The notes below the pieces were generated by a model that was not told where the DNA came from, ran no database searches, and saw only the letters and a program-made list of their open reading frames with translations. Below, one piece after another: positions 5,570 through 8,862 of a DNA stretch of 8,862 nt. Origin of the DNA: a virus (taxonomy: Duplodnaviria > Heunggongvirae > Uroviricota > Caudoviricetes); IMG/VR virus record IMGVR_UViG_2537562091_000008, positions 1 to 8,862 of that record; one strand, 5' to 3'. Each line of letters starts with the position of its first letter. Position 1 is the stretch's first letter. A program made the translations under genes and the position numbers.

Positions 5570-7567
5570 CTATTCTGACAACGAATCAGACTTAGCACCC
5601 TGCGTCAGTGCATTAATCGCTTTTTGCGCTTGCTGCATGGCTTTCTCAAACGCTGTCGATCCGCGTGGTGTGTTTGCCATTCGGAGCATTGCATTTCTGA
5701 ATGGTTCGCTCTCATAGGCGCGAGTAAGAAGTCCGTAGCTTACCGCTGCGCCAGTTGTCGCCGGGTTCATTGCTGTCCCATACCCGATAATGAACGGGAT
5801 GGTTTGCTGCCCTGTTGGTGTTGTTACTGCCGCTTTTGCAGCCTGCTGCGTGGATTGCAGGTAGTTTTTCAATCCTTTCAGATAAGCAGCGTCCTGCCCC
5901 TTAAATGTGATGCCAGTCTGGTTTTGCAGGATGTTAAGCTGTCGAAGGAACTGATCAGGGGAACCCCCTGATTTCTCCATCGCCTTTCCAATGATGCCAT
6001 TGCGCATTTGCGCCCTGCCAACACGACCAACTGAGTTATACAGCGTCTTAATTTCCGATTTGTTCTTGCTGAATAGCATGTTGTTGACAACTTCCGGCGT
6101 CAGATCGCCTTTCATGAGAACATTCTTCAGCCTGGTATTCTTTAGTTTCGCCGCTTCGTCAGCGTAGACGGCATTGGCCTGCTGATATTTACGGAGAGTA
6201 TCGTTGCCAAGATTCTGACCAATGGCACCATTGATATCGTCTGTCATCGCCTTGTAAACGCGCTGAATGGCAGCATCGGAACGGTTTGGTAACACTGGTC
6301 GTTCCCCCTTCACGTCCATTCTGAACTGGCTGCGCAGATCGCTTAATTGCTTCAAATCCAGATTTACCGGACCATCAGGACTAGCATTGCGAACAAGCTC
6401 ATCACGATAGGACTGAAGTTTTGAAATAGTCTCGTTATCAGCAACCTTACCAAGCTTCTGCAGGTTAGATATTTCTGTATCAATCTGCTGAATTGCTCGC
6501 GCAGGCTGAATGTTTACTCCAGCCATAGCATTCTGAACCTGCTCCAGTCGATTACCGGCGGCACGACGAATTCCTGATGTTTTCGCTTTAAGGCTGTCAA
6601 TAACAACCGCTGGATCATACTCGCCGAATTTATCAGCAAATCTCTGCACCAACTGACTTCTCGCTTCCTGTTGCGTTGCTCTCATTCCGCTTGTGCCAGC
6701 CAGGGGAATATTTTCTGCTGTAGTCTGCGCCATTTTCCCGACGCGGGAAGTAGGCTGTAACAGGTCTGTGGTGTGCAGAGGCACTCCTTCACGCTCTGCA
6801 AATCTGATAGCTTGCTGCGCTTCTGGTGCAATAGCACCACGAACGCCACGATAAGCAGCGCCTAATCCACGTCCGGCAGCGTTAATAGCGCCGCCAGCCA
6901 GAACGCCAACGCCTAAATCGGTGGCGAGTGCTTCCGCATCATCTTTCGCACTATTTGCAGCAAGTGATCCAACTGCGTTTTCTGCTAGAAGGCGAGTTGC
7001 CCCCTGAGCAATTCGACCAGCAAGTGTTGGTGCCTGTGTTGCCGCTCTCTCAACGCCAGCAGGAGTGAGGTAAGGCAATGCTTCAGCAAATACCCTTCCC
7101 TCTGTCGTTTGTGGAGTCAGCGCGCCTTGCTGAAGGCCAAAGTCCTGCTCTAATCCCTGCGTTGTTACTCGTGGTGCTGGTTGATATGTACCATCGCCAA
7201 TGCCGAGTTTACCGCCAGCCCAAGCCGCCGCGCTTGTTACAGCATCAGCAACTGATGCAGGTATATTTGCCACGTTCACGCCAGCCTGCACCAGTCCGCG
7301 ACCAGTCTCTTTTACTGCTTCGCCAAGATCAGACATAAATCCACTTTGCTGTGGTTGTTGCTGTGCTACTGGTTGCTGTGTCTCCACTGGCTGTACAGAT
7401 GGCAATGGATAGGCAGCATAGAAAGCTTGCTTAGCCTGCTCTGCATTTTCTCCGGCTTGCGGGGCCACGACTTCATTGAAGTATTGCTCCTGAGCTTGCG
7501 CTTTTTGTTCTGGTGCTAACGCCTGATACTGTGGAGAGGCGATAACATCTTTCCATGCTTTAGCCAT
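5570..7567 (-). CDS. Phage ejection (internal virion / DNA-transfer) protein, P22 gp16-like by position
   Basis: 665-aa ORF, the last gene of the late operon before the immunity/tailspike region, which is where gene 16 sits in P22-like genomes. Start ATG overlaps the upstream gene's stop (TAATG at 7565-7569). Long Ala/Gly/Gln-rich low-complexity segments. Assignment is by synteny and composition, not by recalled sequence identity. Confidence 0.55.
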   Translation of the reverse strand: MAKAWKDVIASPQYQALAPEQKAQAQEQYFNEVVAPQAGENAEQAKQAFYAAYPLPSVQPVETQQPVAQQQPQQSGFMSDLGEAVKETGRGLVQAGVNVANIPASVADAVTSAAAWAGGKLGIGDGTYQPAPRVTTQGLEQDFGLQQGALTPQTTEGRVFAEALPYLTPAGVERAATQAPTLAGRIAQGATRLLAENAVGSLAANSAKDDAEALATDLGVGVLAGGAINAAGRGLGAAYRGVRGAIAPEAQQAIRFAEREGVPLHTTDLLQPTSRVGKMAQTTAENIPLAGTSGMRATQQEARSQLVQRFADKFGEYDPAVVIDSLKAKTSGIRRAAGNRLEQVQNAMAGVNIQPARAIQQIDTEISNLQKLGKVADNETISKLQSYRDELVRNASPDGPVNLDLKQLSDLRSQFRMDVKGERPVLPNRSDAAIQRVYKAMTDDINGAIGQNLGNDTLRKYQQANAVYADEAAKLKNTRLKNVLMKGDLTPEVVNNMLFSKNKSEIKTLYNSVGRVGRAQMRNGIIGKAMEKSGGSPDQFLRQLNILQNQTGITFKGQDAAYLKGLKNYLQSTQQAAKAAVTTPTGQQTIPFIIGYGTAMNPATTGAAVSYGLLTRAYESEPFRNAMLRMANTPRGSTAFEKAMQQAQKAINALTQGAKSDSLSE

Positions 7568-8862
7568 TAATCACCCCATAGTGAAGAAAAATTACTGCCA
7601 GTAGTAGGTTGTTGCGCTGGCGTATTCTGTACTGGCTCCTGATAATCAAACTGTTTTTTAACAGTGCTCAACTTGCTTTCAAGCTGATTTCTAATCTTTC
7701 CGATAGAGTCACGAAAAGCCTTTTCACTCATTTTGGGGCTTAGGGCACCAACCGCATCGGATAATTTTTTACCCTCAGCATCTGAAAGAGCACCCATACC
7801 CTTCAGGGACTGCACCATAGGAAGGAATGTTTGAGCTTTAAAGGTGTCGAGCCTTGCTTCAAAGTTAGCCGCATCAGAGCCAGGAACTGTCGGAAACGCT
7901 GAGCGAATTCCTACTGCTTTTGAAAGGCCGGGGCTTTGCTCTATCTCGTTGAGAGAATCAAGCGCGGTGCTGAACGTATCAACTGCACCCTGAGCTGCGG
8001 CCTGCCTGTCAGCGCGGGCTATGTCAGCCTTTTGCCGAACATCTGCCTGTTTCTGTTTTAGCTCTTCAAGCTTTAACTGATTGCTTTCTCTGGCTATCTG
8101 TCTGTCCAGAGCCTTTTCTTGTAACTCTGCTCTTTGTATTTCTCGGGAAAGAGCAGCATTCTGTGCGCTGATGTTCTGTCCACGTATCTGGATGTCCTGA
8201 CCTCGAGCTGTTAGTGCTTCACCTGCCTGATTGCTGCGGATTGTCTCTGCCAGCCTGCCTCTGTCAATTTCACGACCAGCCATCTTGTCCTGAACATTGA
8301 AGTAATCAATCGGACCAAGCGCAGCCATCCCAAGGTGATCAACAAACTCACCAAATCCTGAAGGATTCTGCTGATACATCTGAGCAACGTTGTTAGGGTC
8401 AACAGCGACGCGCGCCAGTTCCTTGGCGTTATTTTGCAGCCACGATTGCATTGCTTCTGGAGATGAGGCCGCAAGGCGTGCGCCAGCCGCTAAGGTGCCG
8501 ATAGAATTACGCTGGTCTTCATCAATGAATCCCATGCCTTTACGAACGGATTCAATCTGGTCTGGATATTGAGTAGCCAACTGACGCAAAGCACCGCGAT
8601 CACCAGACGCATAAGCATTAGCGTACGCCTGCTGGAATTCTTTCTTCCGCTGAGCCTGCTTCTCCTGCTGAAACACCCCCGCAATACCTGAAAGGCCTTG
8701 CAAAGCAGTCAGCCCAACATTGTTAGCGCCTGAACGCTCAATATCATTGTTCTGCCTGATAAGCTGAAGCGTGTTGCCGATGTCATTTACGCTCGGAGCG
8801 TTTGAGTTGACACCACCGATACCAGCCAACAATCCGCCATTTGTTCCTTGCCAAGTAGCCAT
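7567..8862 (-). CDS. Phage ejection protein, P22 gp20-like by position (start coincides with window edge; may be 5'-truncated)
   Basis: 431-aa ORF beginning MATWQGTNGG exactly at the window boundary, immediately upstream of and coupled to the gp16-like gene. Contains a charged predicted coiled-coil segment (AQNAALSREIQRAELQEKALDRQIARESNQLKLEELKQKQADVRQKADIARADRQ). Confidence 0.5.
   Translation of the reverse strand: MATWQGTNGGLLAGIGGVNSNAPSVNDIGNTLQLIRQNNDIERSGANNVGLTALQGLSGIAGVFQQEKQAQRKKEFQQAYANAYASGDRGALRQLATQYPDQIESVRKGMGFIDEDQRNSIGTLAAGARLAASSPEAMQSWLQNNAKELARVAVDPNNVAQMYQQNPSGFGEFVDHLGMAALGPIDYFNVQDKMAGREIDRGRLAETIRSNQAGEALTARGQDIQIRGQNISAQNAALSREIQRAELQEKALDRQIARESNQLKLEELKQKQADVRQKADIARADRQAAAQGAVDTFSTALDSLNEIEQSPGLSKAVGIRSAFPTVPGSDAANFEARLDTFKAQTFLPMVQSLKGMGALSDAEGKKLSDAVGALSPKMSEKAFRDSIGKIRNQLESKLSTVKKQFDYQEPVQNTPAQQPTTGSNFSSLWGD

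Larger units (their letters stand above)
1084..8862. mobile_element. Left end of a P22-like prophage or prophage remnant integrated at argW (extends beyond the window)
   Basis: Integrase directly downstream of a tRNA gene, followed by phage structural genes (tailspike, ejection proteins) and an immI-type repressor. The attL core presumably overlaps the 3' part of argW but cannot be delimited without the other junction. Confidence 0.8.

Noticed and set aside
5624-5971. Cys-rich 115-aa ORF antisense to the gp16-like gene, with similar antisense ORFs at 5878-6090, 7078-7338, 7200-7412, 8211-8474, 8390-8572 and 8490-8684
   Set aside because: All are embedded in long, coupled structural genes, lack start signals and have aberrant composition; treated as shadow ORFs.
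1-8862. CRISPR arrays, rRNA genes, IS elements or long tandem repeats
   Set aside because: No regularly spaced direct repeats, no terminal inverted repeats flanking a transposase, and no rRNA-like sequence were seen on reading the window.

Overview
This window is a chromosome-prophage junction from an Escherichia/Shigella-type genome. It opens with the host gene yfdC (1-933) and the tRNA-Arg(CCU) gene argW (1009-1083), a classic phage integration target. Everything after the tRNA looks phage-derived: a tyrosine integrase (IntS-like, 1245-2402), then a ~700 bp cargo slot holding a decayed ORF with in-frame TGA codons and an intact 61-aa ORF, then the tail end of a P22-like late operon on the minus strand. 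That tail end comprises a mosaic tailspike (3099-4535) with a P22 gp9-like head-binding N-terminus, and two large tightly coupled genes that I assign as gp16-like and gp20-like ejection proteins (5570-7567, 7567-8862). Between tailspike and ejection genes sits a lysogeny-type plus-strand cassette: an Mnt-like ribbon-helix-helix repressor (4657-4923) with no arc/ant partner, followed by a secreted lipoprotein (4994-5479) in the position where P22 carries sieA. No CRISPR array, rRNA or IS element was seen. All calls rest on reading the sequence and recalled family knowledge; no searches were run. The most interesting loci are the replaced cargo slot between int and tailspike, the Mnt-lipoprotein cassette, and the mosaic tailspike.
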